A stretch of 64,000 bases of DNA from Mesotaenium endlicherianum (GCA_009602735.1 WELA01002119.1:1-64000), one strand, 5' to 3'. Counted from the first letter of the stretch, positions 23,024-37,912 are shown. The notes: generated from the sequence alone by a model not told the origin. Numbers and translations are program-made.

Positions 23024-26000
23024 CATCTGACTCTCTCCCCACTCCCGGGGGCTACGCACGCCTTCACCACGCCCGCATTGCAGCAGAAATTTGATGTCGT
23101 GCAAGTGTCCAAGCTGGTGTCTGTCTATTGAGGAACACATTGCACAAATTCCTCCTGCAGCGAGCCTCTGGCAGGCGTCGCCTTCCCCCTTACTGAGCTA
23201 CCCCAGCGTGCGCATTTGTGCAGCTTTCGGGCACCCTCAACCGCAAGTCTCGGAGGACATGGTGGAGGCCAAGCACGCCGCGCGCACGGGCGAGAGCCTG
23301 AACACCACGTCCGGCCGCGTGGCGGGGAGCTCGAGCGTGAAGAGCAGCCGCAGCGCCAAGGACGGGGGCCACGGCTCGGCCCTCGACAAGTTCCGCGCAA
23401 ACAAGCTCAACAGTGCTCGCACGGGTGTGTGCTCCAGTCCCCTGCACCAGGCTGTCTGCGTCCGGCACCTGCTTAGTCTGTGCCTGCGGCGTCTTTGTGC
23501 TTGTCTCTTGATGCTGGCTTTGAATGCTTGAAGGACCACCTGGAATTGCTTTCTTATTGGCGCTGCCTGAGTGCACAGTTCCACCCTCGGAATAGCGAGG
23601 CATACCCTTTCTGGTTTTCATCTTGGTCTCCTGGAGTCACACACAAAGTGACGATGTCACTCTGACACACGAGGCTTGCAATGTGCAGACTACCTGAGCT
23701 CCACTGGCAACACGCCTCAGGCCAGCAGCCTGAGCGAGGGCGCGGTGACCAGCATGGAGCAGCACGCGGCGGCGCAGCAGGCCCTGTCTGAGGCGGGCGA
23801 GATGGCGGGCACGGGCATGGTGCTGCCGTTTGAGCCGCTCTCGCTGTCGTTCGATCACGTGAATTACTACGTGGACATGCCGGCGGAGATGAAGAGCGAG
23901 GAGGTGCAGGAGGCGCGGCTGCAGCTGCTGCGCGACGTGTCGGGCGCGTTCCGCCCGGGCGTGCTGACGGCGCTTGTGGGCGTGTCGGGCGCGGGCAAGA
24001 CGACGCTGATGGACGTGCTAGCGGGGCGCAAGACGGGCGGCTACATCGAGGGCGACATCCGCGTGTCGGGGTACCCCAAGGTGCAGGAGACGTTTGCGCG
24101 CATCATGGGCTACTGCGAGCAGAACGACGTGCACTCGCCGCAGGTCACCATCTACGAGTCACTGCTGTATTCCGCCTGGCTGCGCCTGCCCGTGGACGTC
24201 GACGAAGAGACACGCAAGGTTTGCTCCGTCCCCTTTCTTGGCCCATAATTTCTCACTGCAGCAACCGAGCAATGGTTGCCTTGCTGTCCGTCCTGCCATC
24301 TCTTTGGCCAACATCCGCATTACTGCTGTTCAAATTGGTATGTCGTATTTGAGCTGCGGTCATTGGCTGCTCTTGAGCCTGCTTTTGAATTCTCCAGGCG
24401 GAGGGAGGCTCCTGCTAACAGAGAGTTTGTACTCGTGCTTCGTGCGTGTGCCGCGCTCCTCCAGGAGTTCGTGGAGGAGGTGATGGCGCTGGTGGAGCTG
24501 TCGTCGCTGCGGGACGCGCTGGTGGGGCTGCCGGGCGTCAACGGGCTGTCCACGGAGCAGCGCAAGCGGCTGACCATCGCGGTGGAGCTGGTGGCCAACC
24601 CCTCCATCATCTTCATGGACGAGCCCACGTCGGGGCTGGACGCGCGCGCGGCCGCCATCGTGATGCGCACCGTGCGCAACACCGTCAACACGGGCCGCAC
24701 CGTCGTGTGCACCATCCACCAGCCCTCCATCGACATCTTCGAGGCGTTTGACGAGGTATGCAGACGGGCTCTTGCTCCTCTCAACAATCTCCCTTTTGCG
24801 GGCCCTTGAGGATCTTTGATGGGACCTTGAAGGCGATGATGCTCACGTGTCGGATGCTGAGACCTACGTCATTACCGGGTGAAACGCAACGCTCAACCAT
24901 GGGGAATCAGCCTAAACTGTGATTAATGCATGGGTGTGTTGCAACTTGCAACTAGTTGCAACACAAGGCACACGAGTGCTGAAGGGGATCCACTAACTCT
25001 CCTTGTGCGTGTGCGCGTGTGGGTGAACAGCTCCTCCTGATGAAGCGCGGCGGGCAGGTGATCTACATGGGGCCCCTCGGCAGAGACTCGCAGCTCATGA
25101 TCGACTACTTCCAGGTGCGCCCCAGGCCCAGAAACCAGAGCCGCCCTCTCCCCGCCCCTCCGGCAACCTCCAAAGCCTTCTGGACCTTCCAGCAGCCGAC
25201 AAGTGTCAGCCTTAATCAGAAGAGAGGCTCTTTTGTACCACCTCCACCGTGCTTTTCAAGGGATGCTCAGTGCTCCCCACAATGCAAATGCTCTGCTTTT
25301 GATGATACCGGGCTTGCTAACCCGCTTAATGGCGAGTGCGCGGAGATTTTTGGCTCTCTCTTGTCATGCTGACCCCGGCCTGTGGGTCCCTGTGCGTGCA
25401 GTCCATCGAGGGCGTTCCTAAGATCTCCAAGGGCTACAATCCTGCCACGTGGATGCTGGAGATCTCGTCTCCCGCTGCCGCCGACCGCCTCGGCCTCGAC
25501 TTTGCCGACATCTTTGCCAAGTCCGAGCAATTCAAGTGAGGCTGCCCCCTTCTCCTTGGCTCCCACAGGCCACGTGCAAAGGGCTGACGCCGAGTCTCGA
25601 TCAGCCTGTGCAATTTTTGTTTGCTCGTGGCTTGTCGCAGAAAGTTGGTTAGATGCAAACTCCCCCGTCATGCAACTACAATCACACGTGGCGAGCAAAA
25701 CCGACAGCGGCAGCGGCAGCGGCAGCTTTCGTCGTGCCTTGTATTGCGATGCAAAAAGCAGCAGCCTGATTGACGCGTGGGGATGCGTGCGGATGGGTCG
25801 TGACTGTGGGGCTGCAGGTCCAACGAGAGGCTGATAGAGACCCTGAAGACGCCGCCCGAGGGCCACCAGGACCTGGCGTTCGCCACGCGCTTCTCCACCA
25901 GCCTGCTCACGCAGCTGTACGCCAACCTGTGGAAGCGCCAGCTCATGTACTGGCGCACCCCCGACTACAACGTGGTGCGCTACGCCTACACCGGCATCAT

Positions 26001-27594
26001 GGGGCTCATCATCGGCTCCATCTTCTTCGGGCTGGGCATCAAGCGCAAGGCGCAGCAAAACGTCTTCAACGCCATGGGCGCCCTCTACACGTCCTCCCTC
26101 TTCATTGGCTGGAACAACGCGGCCTCCGTGCAGCCCATCGTGGCCATCGAGCGCACCGTCTTTTACAGAGAGCGCGCGGCGGGCTACTACTCCGCCATCC
26201 CCTACGCGCTCGCGCAGGGCCTCATCGAGATCCCCTACGTTCTCTCGCAGTGCCTCCTCTACTGCGTCATCGTGTACCCCCTCGTCCACTTCGAGTGGAC
26301 GGCCGCCAAGTTCTTCTGGTTCACCTTCTTCACCTTCCTCACGCTCATGTACTTCACCTACTACGGCATGATGGCCATCTCGCTCACGCCCAACGACCAG
26401 CTCTCCATGGTGCTCTCCATCTTCTTCTTCGGCCTCTGGAACGTCTTCTCCGGCTTCCTCATCCCCCGCCCGGTGAGATCCGCGCCCCTCTCAAGAGAGT
26501 AGCCAGCCGCCCTTCCACCTCGTCCTGTCCATATGCGCATGCATGTTCATTGGCGCGGAACGGGCGCGCGCTCGTGTGTGTCTCCTCGTCGTCATGAAAT
26601 TTGTTGGCTGCACCGCGTTGTCCAAGGCCCTTCTCCTCGCCAGTGAGCTGCGCCTCTTTCTGTCTGTAGGGTGCCATACCCGAGGGAGTGTGTGCGATGT
26701 GTGCACCGCAGCTGCTCCATGTCATGCCTTCCCTAGTTGCCATTTGGCTGTTTCTCAAGGAGCGCACAATTTTCAAGCTTGCATGGCACGTACACCACGC
26801 GCATGCGATCCTGCAAGGCGCTTCCCTAGTGACAGCCGAGGCCTCCGCTGTCGTGTCACTTATTGTAGCTTACACACACACGTGAGGGGTGGTGTTGGGC
26901 GGGTGACAGGCCATGAACCAGGGGTGGCGGTGGTACTACTGGGCCAACCCCGTGGCGTGGACGCTCTACGGTCTCATCGCCTCCCAGGTCAGCCCACTCG
27001 CAGCCCTCCCCCCCCCTCCTGCTGTGTACAGCTTGCCTCCCCCCCCCCTTCCCCCCGTTCCTTCTGGGCCTGAACTAAGGACAGCCTTTTGACATAGGCT
27101 TCTCAAAAGATTTGCTCACGCAATTGCTGGCATGGGAAGCTCTGCATCGATTTAGGCGTTCCACGTGCTTGCTCCGTCCTGCGGGGAGGCAGAGGGCTTG
27201 ATTAGCTTGGAAGGGGAGGGGGGGGCTTAGCAGAGTGNGCAGAGTGGGGGGGGTGGGGGGGGGGAGACTCAGCCATTTAAAAGTGCCCAGAGCAATAGAG
27301 CGGGGGACAGGAAGGGGTGCAGACGGGGGACAGGAAGTGGTGGAAGGGTATGGAGCTGATTGGCTCGGTTGCTGCTTGGGTGTCGGCTCGAGTGCGCAGA
27401 TGGGCGACGTGGAGAAGACCATCACGCAGCCCGGCGTGTCGCCAGATGTCCCCCTGAAGCAGTTTATCGACGACTACTTTGGGTACAAGCACGACATGCT
27501 TGGCGTGGCGGTGGTCGTCCTCCTCGGCTTCTCCGTGCTCTTCTTCTCCATCTTCGCCGTGGCGCTGCAGAAGCTCAACTTCCAGAACAGATGA
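14123..27594 (+). CDS. PDR/ABCG: Full-size ABCG / pleiotropic drug resistance transporter, copy 1 (about 25 exons; span includes introns)
   Basis: GT-AG exons encode [13 protein letters not shown] (14729-14820), [42 protein letters not shown]1, [39 protein letters not shown]2 and LNFQNR*. The start codon is inferred from the exon homologous to copy 2. Confidence 0.93.
20554..20645. repeat. Intronic poly-C run (about 92 nt) ending in N
   Basis: Seen directly; its length is probably unreliable. Confidence 0.7.
22931..23019. repeat. (CT)n microsatellite just after a splice donor
   Basis: Seen directly; contains an N. Confidence 0.9.
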
Positions 27595-29776
27595 GGGGGC
27601 TGCGCCGTGCCTCCCGACATTTCCCGACACGCCTGCCTGCCCGCACGATCATGAGTGCCTGCCCGCGAGTGGGCAATGGCGGTGTCTGAGGCCTCACAGC
27701 TGCTCTCTGGCTCCTTGCCCCTCGCGTTTGTGTCTACGGCTCTTTTGCACCTCGCCCTCGACGCGTGCCAGTTCCTGTTTTTGAGGAGCGAGCTTAGCTG
27801 CAGTTGTGGCTTGGGAGCTGCGCAATATGCCAGGAAGTCGGAGGGTGAAGGCACTCAAAGGCACTCAAAGAAATAAAAGGAGGGTATACTGTACGGCCGC
27901 GTGCATGACGAGCGGAGAAAGACCATGTTGAGATCTTTAGGTGTCCATATATCTGGACCTTGCCGGGCAGGTCCAAAGATATGGATGCTATCTTAGCCCG
28001 CTACGTTTCACATGTGGTGCACACAAGCCGCAGGGCGTCCTGTGTGTGCATATCTAGGAGACGGCAAATAGTCTTCTTATCTAGTATGCTTTCTTGTGGG
28101 GTTTGTATTGCACATGTGTTGACCAGTGTCGCATTCGCGCTTGGCCATGTCAGCACCAGACTTGGTTTCGACTGTCTTTGTGAGCTGGAGGGTGACATTG
28201 CCGCCGCTCTTTTGTTTTGGGGGGTTAGCTGGCCGAAGGGCCTCGACTTTTCTCCGAGTGTGGGTTCTAGTAGAGTTAAGGGACAGTAAAGTTGAGCAAC
28301 ATACTATTTTGCTAGCAGCCGTGAATGACACTACAACCACCCGAGATGTAAAGAGTATTTTAACCACATAATACATAAGCTCTTGAAATGCCCAATACGA
28401 GTATATTCTGATTCTGTAGCCATGACTGGATGCATGTGGAGTCTTGCACTTCCGTCGTTCCCTAGTCTGACAAGAAGCTGTGGCATGTCCGCTTACCTCG
28501 CATGTAGCATAATAATGGATGGCGTCAATGCTGCACCTGCTGGTTACTTTGAGCACACAAGCATAGGGATTGGGTTTTGAGGAAAGGGTGGGCGTCTTGC
28601 TATCCATGTTCACCTTGGACCCAGAACCAAGGATGAAGGGATTGGAGGGAGCAAGGATCAGCTGCTTCTGAACCAGCATGCTATTCACTTACCATCTACT
28701 GGAGTCCTATAGTACTGTCAGGGAGGGCCTCTGATCACAGCACAAACGTTTTTCGTATACTGGCCATAGCTCAACATACAATGTATTTCGCTTGGCAGAG
28801 AGATTCCACCTACGCGTCAGTTCCTGTGCAGACCCGTGCACTTGACAACACGTCTTTCAACGGTGTGGGCGCAAACTACTGCTTACTTTTACTCCAATCA
28901 ATATGCCTGGGTTTTAGTTTTATGGTGATTCTAGCGGCTACACTTGAACCGGTGGTGGAGATTTCGAGGAAAGGTTGTGGATGAAAACGTTCTGCAGTCG
29001 GAGAGATGTATGCAGACTGAGAACTATAAGAGCACTGCCATATGAATGGCTTCAGCACATGTGGTGACTAGACATTGTTGTTCTACAGATACCACTCAGC
29101 ACTAAGAATCACAGATGGATTGACCAGCATAGAAGTGATCATAGTTGAGGTTGGTGACCAGTCTCAGAGCGTACAATTGGTCATGCTGTATTGACTTCGA
29201 GCAAACCAAAGCGGTCGAGCTGGGCTTTATATCACTGTGCTTCATAAAGTGCTGTAAAATTTATTACAGTTTATCATGGAGTCCACAGAAAATACTTGTT
29301 TACCTCCCCAATATACACCACGGCACATTGAGCGAGCAAACTGGCCATGCTGCTCATGGGAGCAGACACGGACGTCGGCGTGCTCAATCATGGGCTCGAG
29401 TGTTTTTGACAATGGTTGGCTGCTACAATTACGGTGACAAAAAAATGGTTCCTAATTCTATGAATTAATGCTCGTCCATATGAATATCGCAACTACTTGT
29501 AACGAGTCAACCTTTTCAAGAATGTGCTGCACCTGAAATAAATAATGCTCTAAGTGGCTACGTAGGACAGGTTCAAGCCACTTAAAGTTTCCCCAGGATC
29601 AAATGTGATCGTCTCAAAAAAGTAATGTATCCCTTCCAGCAACTCCCAGCCAAACAAGGTGAAAGCTTGATGGTATACTCATGCAAGCCATACTGGGCAA
29701 GAACAGGAATAAATATAATGTGGCGGTGGGGCAGGTATATCGAATCAACTATCTCCATTGCAGTTGACAAGGGACC

Positions 29777-32593
29777 TCACTTGTTCTGGAAGTTGAGCTT
29801 CTGCAGAGCGATGGCAAAGATGGAGAAGAAAAGCGCGGAGAAGCCAAGGAGAACGACGACCACCACGCCCAGCATGTCGTGCTCGTACCCAAAATAGCTG
29901 TTGAGGTACGCCTTGACAGAGACGTCAGGAAAAACGCCGGGCTGTACAATGGGGGTGTCGACATCACCAAGCTGTCACACATAAGACAATAAACAAATAG
30001 CCATGAGCTCCTTGGCTTCTGGAAGATTCTTGCACGAGTCAGAATAATTGTTTGCCCTGTCAGCGTCATCTGCAAACCCTCAGGCAAGTAAGCTTTTCCT
30101 TTACCTCTTACTTTGCAACGCTCTGAAAGCATCTCTCGTTCGACATATGGAGGCAACACCAACAATGGTTCGTCATATCGCTGCATTACGAATGGCTTTA
30201 CCGGTAGGGGGGGATGGAGGACCCCAAGACAGGGAGAGGCTGACCTGCGAGGCAATGAGGCCGTACAGAGTCCATGCAATAGGATTGCACCAGTAGTACC
30301 ATCGCCACCCCTGGTTGATGGCCTGTTACACGAGAAAAAGTGAAGATGAGTTGGGCAAGATTGAGTGGACGGCAGCAGATTAAAAGGGGTCTTGTGAAAC
30401 ACAAAGATAATTTTGGGTGCTATAGGAATGGAGACAGCTAGGTATAACTTTGCTGCACTTTGCTGCAATGTGCACATCCGATTGCAATGCCCTGGGAGCT
30501 GCTGCAGTGTCTCAAATTCTATGTGTTGCTATATGTCCCACCTATGGGGGAGGAGAGAAAAGAGCAATATTTTCAGTCCTTTGGTCTGACATAAGTACAA
30601 TCCCTGATTGCGCCCATTCAAACACACAAATTCAACAGCCTAACATAAATGGCTAGCAGGGTCCGGAAGCAGAAGAGCAGTAAGAGATGGAGGAGCTCAC
30701 CGGTCGGGGAATAAGGAAGCCGGAGAAGATGTTCCAGAAGCCGAAGAAGAAGATGGAGAGCACTATGGAGAGCTGGTCGTTGGGCGTGAGCGAGATAGCC
30801 ATCATGCCGTAGAACGTGAAGTACATGAGCGTCAGGAAGGCGAAGCACACAAACCAGAAGAACTTGATGGCTGTCATCTCAAAGTGGATGAGGGGGTACA
30901 CGATGACGCAGTAGAGGAGGCACTGCGTGAAGATGTAGGGGATCTCAATGAGGCCCTGCGCGAGCGCGTAGGGGATGGCAGAGTAGTACCCCGCCGCGCG
31001 CTCTCTGTAAAAAACGGTGCGCTCGATGGCCACGATGGGCTGCACGGTAGCTGCATTGTTCCAACCGATGAAGAGGGATGACGTGTAGAGGGCGCCCATG
31101 GCGTTGAACACGTTCTGCTGTGACTTGCGCTTGATGCCCAGCCCGAAGAAGATGGAGCCGATGATGAGCCCCATGATGCCGGTGTAGGCGTAGCGCACCA
31201 CGTTGTAGTCGGGGGTGCGCCAGTACATGAGCTGGCGCTTCCACAGGTTGGCGTACAGCTGCGTGAGCAGGCTGGTGGAGAAGCGCGTGGCGAACGCCAG
31301 GTCCTGGTGGCCCTCGGGCGGCGTCTTCAGGGTCTCTATCAGCCTCTCGTTGGACCTGCAGCGCCACAGTCACCCCCACCAAAACCCCCTCGCCTGTTAT
31401 GCCGCTGTCCCAATGACTGGACACATGCGAGATACTTCATTGTGCTCTTTGCCGAGGGCTTTCTTCATGATGTGCTGGTTGCACAGGTGGCATGCATCAT
31501 CTGCAGGGCCAGTTTTGACGGGTGTCATTCATGTAGACAGAGTGGATCCCTCAACAGCGCATGAACGCGTCATATCGCAGATATGCATGCCAACGTGGCG
31601 CAGCACGTGTCAAGCTGCACGCTGTCTCAGGCTTGCAGAGAGACAATCGGGGCAGGCACGAGCGATGCATCCTCACCTGAATTGCTCAGATTGGGTGAAT
31701 TCGTCCGCATAGTCGAGGCCGAGGTACTCGGCGGCGGCAGGCGTCGAGATGTCGAGCATCCACGTGGCAGGATTGTAGCCCTCCGCAATCTTGGGGACAT
31801 TCTTTAGGGACTGCACTCGAGATGCCAACATCCAAACAGGTGGCGCGTGAACACAGGCATCACTCACTCACTAACAACAGCATACAAGTCAAGCCTCGTG
31901 CTCCTTTCACATTGACTTCAATGGTGGCCTTGGCCCAATTTTGGGCTGGAGCTTGTCGGCTGCTGGAAGGGGGGGGAGAGAAGGGCGGAGAGAGAAAATA
32001 GGGGGCGTGGGTTTTGGGCCTGGGGCTCACCTGGAAATAGTCAATCATGAGCTGCGAGTCTCTGCCGAGGGGCCCCATGTAGATCACCTGCCCGCCGCGC
32101 TTCATTAGAAGAAGCTGCTCACTCACACGCGCACACACAGGGACAGTCATTGCGTTGTCTTCTGCACTCGTGTGACTTGCAACTAGTCGCAACACACCCG
32201 CGCATTACACAAAAAACTGATTCCCAATGATTGAGCGTTGCGTTTCATCTAGAACTGACGTAGGTCTCAACATCGGTCTGCATACCTCGTCAAACGCCTC
32301 GAAGATGTCGATGGAGGGCTGGTGGATGGTGCACACCACGGTGCGGCCCGTGTTGACGGTGTTGCGCACGGTGCGCATCACGATGGCGGCCGCGCGCGCG
32401 TCCAGCCCCGACGTGGGCTCGTCCATGAAGATGATGGAGGGGTTGGCCACCAGCTCCACTGCGATGGTCAGCCGCTTCCGCTGCTCTGTTGACAGCCCGT
32501 TGACGCCCGGCAGCCCCACCAGCGCATCCCGCAGCGACGACAGCTCCACCAGCGCCATCACCTCCTCCACAAACTCCTGAGGGGTGCGGCGCG

Positions 32594-32640
<47 letters not shown>

Positions 32641-35600
32641 CGCTCGGCACAGAGCACGTAGACCATTCTCCCGTCAAATAGGAAGCTCACTTGAATTGAT
32701 GACTCAAGCAGGAACTAGAGTTCAGCAGCAGTTGATCACTGCAGTTAAAATATAGCGCCACATCTTGCTGGATATACAGATAGTGCTTAGCTGGAAGAGG
32801 TCTTTCACCAACAACACGGCAAGTTGTCCGTGGCAGCTGCTCCTCAAATGTTTGGAAAAGGAGGCGAAATTTACCTCGCGAGTGTCTTGGTCGACGTCCA
32901 CGGGCAGGCGCAGCCACGCGGAGTAAAGCAGGGACTCGTATACAGTGACTTGCGGCGAGTGCACGTCGTTCTGCTCGCAGTATCCCATCACGCGTGAGAA
33001 CGTCTCCTGCACCTTGGGGTACCCCGACACGCGGATGTCGCCCTCGATGTAGCCGCCCGTCTTGCGCCCCGCCAGCACGTCCATCAGCGTGGTCTTGCCC
33101 GCGCCCGACACGCCCATGAGCGCCGTCAGCACACCTGGTCTGAATGCGCCCGAGACTTCCCGCAGCAGTTGCAGCCGCTCCTCCTTGCCCTCCCCGCTTC
33201 TCATCTCTGCTGGCATGTCCACGTAGTAGTTCACGCGGTCAAACGAGAGCGTGAGCGGCTTGAACGGCAGCACCATGCCCGTGCCCGCCATCTCGCCCAC
33301 CTCTGCCAGGGCCTGCTGCTCCGCCACGTGCTGCTCCATGCTGGTCACCGCGCCCTCGCTCAGGCTGCTGGATCTTGTCAGAAAATCTGCAGACACCAAG
33401 AAAGTGTTCCTCTAAATGTCATGTCACAGTACAACAAAAGAAACACTTCTTGTGCACTTACTTTTGTGCACTTTGAAGGATAACAATGCTGGTGCTTTCT
33501 CCAGTGGCCATCTTCAGAGTATGCCGCAAGGTGCATCACTGGCCTTGCTTGGAAGTAACAAGAGGTATTGCTAAACTCTGCTCAGAGTCATGGCATCATC
33601 ACCCAAAACAGCTGGCACTCTGCAACACTAACTGGTGGGAGGGGGAAGGCAGGACACCCCAGTGCACACACCTGAACGAGCGCTGTGCACCCTCTCGGCT
33701 CGGAACCTGTCGAGGGCGGAACTTTGAGTCAGCTGCCTGGCGCTCTTCACGCTCTTGATGCTTCCGCTCGCGTGGCCTGAGAGGGCCACCAAGCTCTCGC
33801 CCATGCGGGCCGCCTGCTTGGCCTCCACCATGTCCTCCGACACTTGCGGCTGAGGGTGCCCAAATGCTGCACACTCATACAATCACATCTTGGGCACAAT
33901 CAGAGGGGTGGTCTGTATGGGAGAGGTGGCGTACAGGAGGACATTGCAGGAATGTGAGCGCACAACCATGGACAGCAATAGGATGCTGATGTTAGACGCT
34001 TAAACAGGAGGAAAAGAGAAGTCACTTTCCGTAGCAAATCGGAAAATTGAGCCAGAAGGACGAGGTGATAGGCAGGGAAGCATGCACGTGCCATGCAGGC
34101 AGGAGAGAAGGCAGGAAAATGAGTGTGTGTGCAGAGCTTGCGCTACAGCGCAGGGTCAAAAGCAAGGGTGGGAGAGCAGGATAGAGACGCTTACGGTTGA
34201 TGTACTGCAGGGCAAACACGGAGAGGATGTTGAAGAGAAGCACGTATCCCCAGTTGACGGCGATGCCCAGCCAGTACATGTAATTATCGTTGTGCAGGGA
34301 CCGGTCGTGCAGCACCACCTGGCCCACTGTCCGCCCCGGAAACGTTGTCTGGTTTGCCGGCTGCACGCCACAGCAGAGGAGCAGATGACACCACAGTCAG
34401 TGCTGCGTATACGTTCTCACTCACTCCGTGCCGCTATGGCAGGCCCCATGCGATTCTTCAAGGCTCGCTGGCCCTTGCAGAGGTTCGCTCAGTCCAGGTG
34501 CGAGAGAGCACATTGTGGCCAGCTGGCGAGGCCATCCCGCAGAATGGGAGATGTCAGGGGTACTCACAATCTGCCAGCGGTCGGCCAGGAACTCGTTGGT
34601 GGTGAGGCAGTTCATGAGGTAGGACAACGGGGACACGTAGAAGCCCCACAGCCAGTAGGGGTGGATGTAGTCTGCTCACACAGCCCCCAGCCCAGCCCAG
34701 GAAGCAGCAGCAGCAGCAGCAGCATAAGCATTGGCCATGCTTGGGCACTCCAATTGGTGCCTCTGTCCAGGAGCGTGTGGGGGAAGGGGCCAGGGCTACA
34801 CAGTACACATGCTATCAATTCTGAGGGGTAGAAGCTTTGCTCCAGAACATACTTAGCATAGCAACAGAAAATTGCCCCCTAGAAAGTGGCACAAAGTGGG
34901 CAGTAGATGACAGGAGTTGCGTTAGGACACATTGAAGGCACCCATAGATCCTTGTGATTTGCAGATGGATTGAGCAGTCATGGCCTTAGAGACTCACCTT
35001 TGGCAATAACAAAGCCTCCCAGGAGGAAGAGAGTGATGACAGTGAACGCGCCACACGTGTTGGCGATCACCATGGAACGCCCGACGGCTGAGATGAGGCG
35101 GAAGAGGCTGATGCCCGTCTGGTGCAGCGTGAAGAAAGCAATCCACTGGCGGAAAAACCTGGCACAGTTGAACACATGCACATGCACGCAGAGAGACACA
35201 AATTAAGCATTTGCAACAGAACCTGAACCTAGGGCTTCTGTCGCCGTGTTGGTGTCTCTTCTGCCCAGCTAACTATGCTCTCTATGCTGCTTTGCAATCT
35301 GGTGGTTTGGAAGGAGGGGAGGGAGTCGCAAGACTTCCTACTTATGATGCACAACCAAGCTGCCCATTACATGAAAAAGGGTAGAAGGGGGGGGTGAGTG
35401 GGAGGGAGGGGGGGCAGGGGAGAGGGATGGGATGGAAGGCGGAAGGAGGCCCAGGGTGGAGGAGGCTGAAGGAGAGGGCAAAGCTGCCAATTACTTGAGC
35501 GAAAGGGAAGGGGGGCGGGGGGCTGTGCAGACTGAAGCAGACCTCGTAGGAGCCGGGGCAAAGCCGATGAGGTAGTAAGTCACGGCAGTCCACGCAAATG

Positions 35601-35903
35601 AGGCTGCCACTGAAAAGGGCATCGAGAGCACCCAGATGGGAACGCTCCACGCCCACGAGGGGAATAGCAGCATGTCACGCTGCTTGTAGAACACAGGCAG
35701 GCGCGTGACCATGATGGAGAGCTCGGCGAAGCCGTTGAAGAGGATCGTCACAAAACCGAAGAAGAGTGCCCCCAGGTAGTAGGAGCCCTCCTGGACGTTC
35801 TGATGCAGCGTGGTGCGGAAGAACACCGTGCCGGCCACCAGCGCTGTCAGCGATATCTGCACGCACGCTCACGCACGCATACACACGCGCGCGCGCGCGC
35901 GCA

Positions 35904-35962
<59 letters not shown>

Positions 35963-37871
35963 ACACCACCACCACCACCACCACCACCTCAGCTTTGCTT
36001 TCTTTACTGCCACTTGCGTGATGGATAAGAGAAAGACTGCAGAAAGGGCAGGGAGAACAGCAAGCATGGGCTGGTGCTGGGGCAGCAGCCCGAGGGTGTG
36101 GAGACTTGGAGGGAGTTGTGCTTCTGAGCCGGGGCAAGTGCAGTACCTGGATGACCATGGCTATGTACAGGAAGGCGGTGCGCTTCATGAAGAGTGTTTC
36201 TCGGTCCAGCACGGCGCGGAACATCTCCTTCTTGGGCAGCCCGTACGGCTCGAAGCTCAGCGCCCCCTCCGGCGACTTCTTCTTGTCAAACGGGGCCTGC
36301 TCATGCGCGGCGCAAGAACAAGCAAAGACACGTAAGCAACGGCTGTCTTTTCTCGAGCCGCACTTAGCAGCTGGCAAGTCTAGATGTTTCGGAGGCAATT
36401 CCTTGCACTGCTCAAGAGATAGCCAGCAGAAGCCTCTTTGATAGCTTGCAACTTCGTCTTTGCCTTGATGTGGGGAACTCTTTACTGATGAAAATGGGCG
36501 TGGCATTGTTCCAGTCACAAGAGCTGCTGCATTGAGCGGGCAATTCAGCAGGCAGGCTGGTGAGAGTACCTTGAGTTGGGCAGCAACAGTCATGCCTTGC
36601 TCCGAGAGCTTGAAGGCCTCCTCGAAGGCGACAACTGGCACGTACTTGTACAGGTCGGGGCGGTGCCAGTACTGCTCCTGGTCCTTGAGCGACGTCACCT
36701 GCAGGGGGCACATAACAAAGGAACAGGAATGTCTGCATGAGATCTCCAGGAGGAACGAAAGTGAAAGGGAGAGACCTGAACATGCGCCAGCCCTTAGCTA
36801 CTTCAGCTGGATAGACATGCAGTATGCAAGTAAGCATCTGGGCTCAAGCCTCAACCAAAGGCAAGCGTGTGCACTCACACCAAGAGAGAGAGAGAGGAGG
36901 GAGGGAGGGAGGGAGGAGGGAGGGGGCAAGAGGCGGGGCGCGCACCTCCTGCAGGAAGTCGGCGGCGCCCTTGCGCGGCGGGCAGCGGAAGCCCTGGGCC
37001 TCGAAGAAGGGCAGCACCTGGTCGCGCGGCCCGTGGTACACGATGTGGCCCTCCGCCAGCAGCATGATGTCGTCAAACAGGTCGTACGTCTCCGGCGCCG
37101 GCTGCAGCAGCGCCACCAGCAGCGTTGCGTCCTGCTCCCGCCGCCCGCGCGGGCACGCACACAACCTCCACAGTTGCGTTGTTAACAAATACTGAAGTCA
37201 ACTCCCTGTCTGAATTTGCGGAACTTTTGCTGCACACGCGCCTCTAGCACTGCCCTGAAGTGTACCTCGTCCTGTCCGTACCTTTGAGACAGTCTAAGTC
37301 AAAGAACCCACACGCTTGGCTACTCTCGTCAGCTATCATGGAACCCCCTGAAGATAAAAAAGGCCTCAGGCTTGCATTCTGTGAAATGAGTTTCAAGACA
37401 GGACTCACCTGAAGGTGGGCCAGGTTCATCAGGCACTTGGTGATGAGGAAGGTGGTGGAGGAGTCGAGGCCCGTGGAGATCTCGTCCATGAACAGCACCT
37501 GCTTGGGCCCCACTATCATCTCGCCTGCGGAGGCACCACCACCCCCCCTTCACGAGGTACTAAGTCAGCTGCCTGGCGTGCCGTCAGTTAGCCCACATCA
37601 TGCTCTGGGGTCATGCAGCACGCAGTACAGCCATGGAGGAGAACAAGAGCAAGTGCAACCAATTACAGGGGTACAAGCGGACATATCGGAGACATCGTGC
37701 ATGATTGCGCGCACGCTTCATGAGAGGGCTGGCGGAGCGGACAGCTGGTACCCACCGGTGGTGACGCGCTTCTTCTGCCCCCCGGAGATGCCGCGCACCA
37801 TCTCGTTGCCCACCACCGTGTTGGCGCATATCTCCAGCCCCAGGATCTGCTCGCACACACAAGCACAGGCA

Positions 37872-37912
<41 letters not shown>

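Noticed and set aside
25267..26289. 340-aa antisense ORF
   Set aside because: Shadow of a high-GC3 PDR exon.
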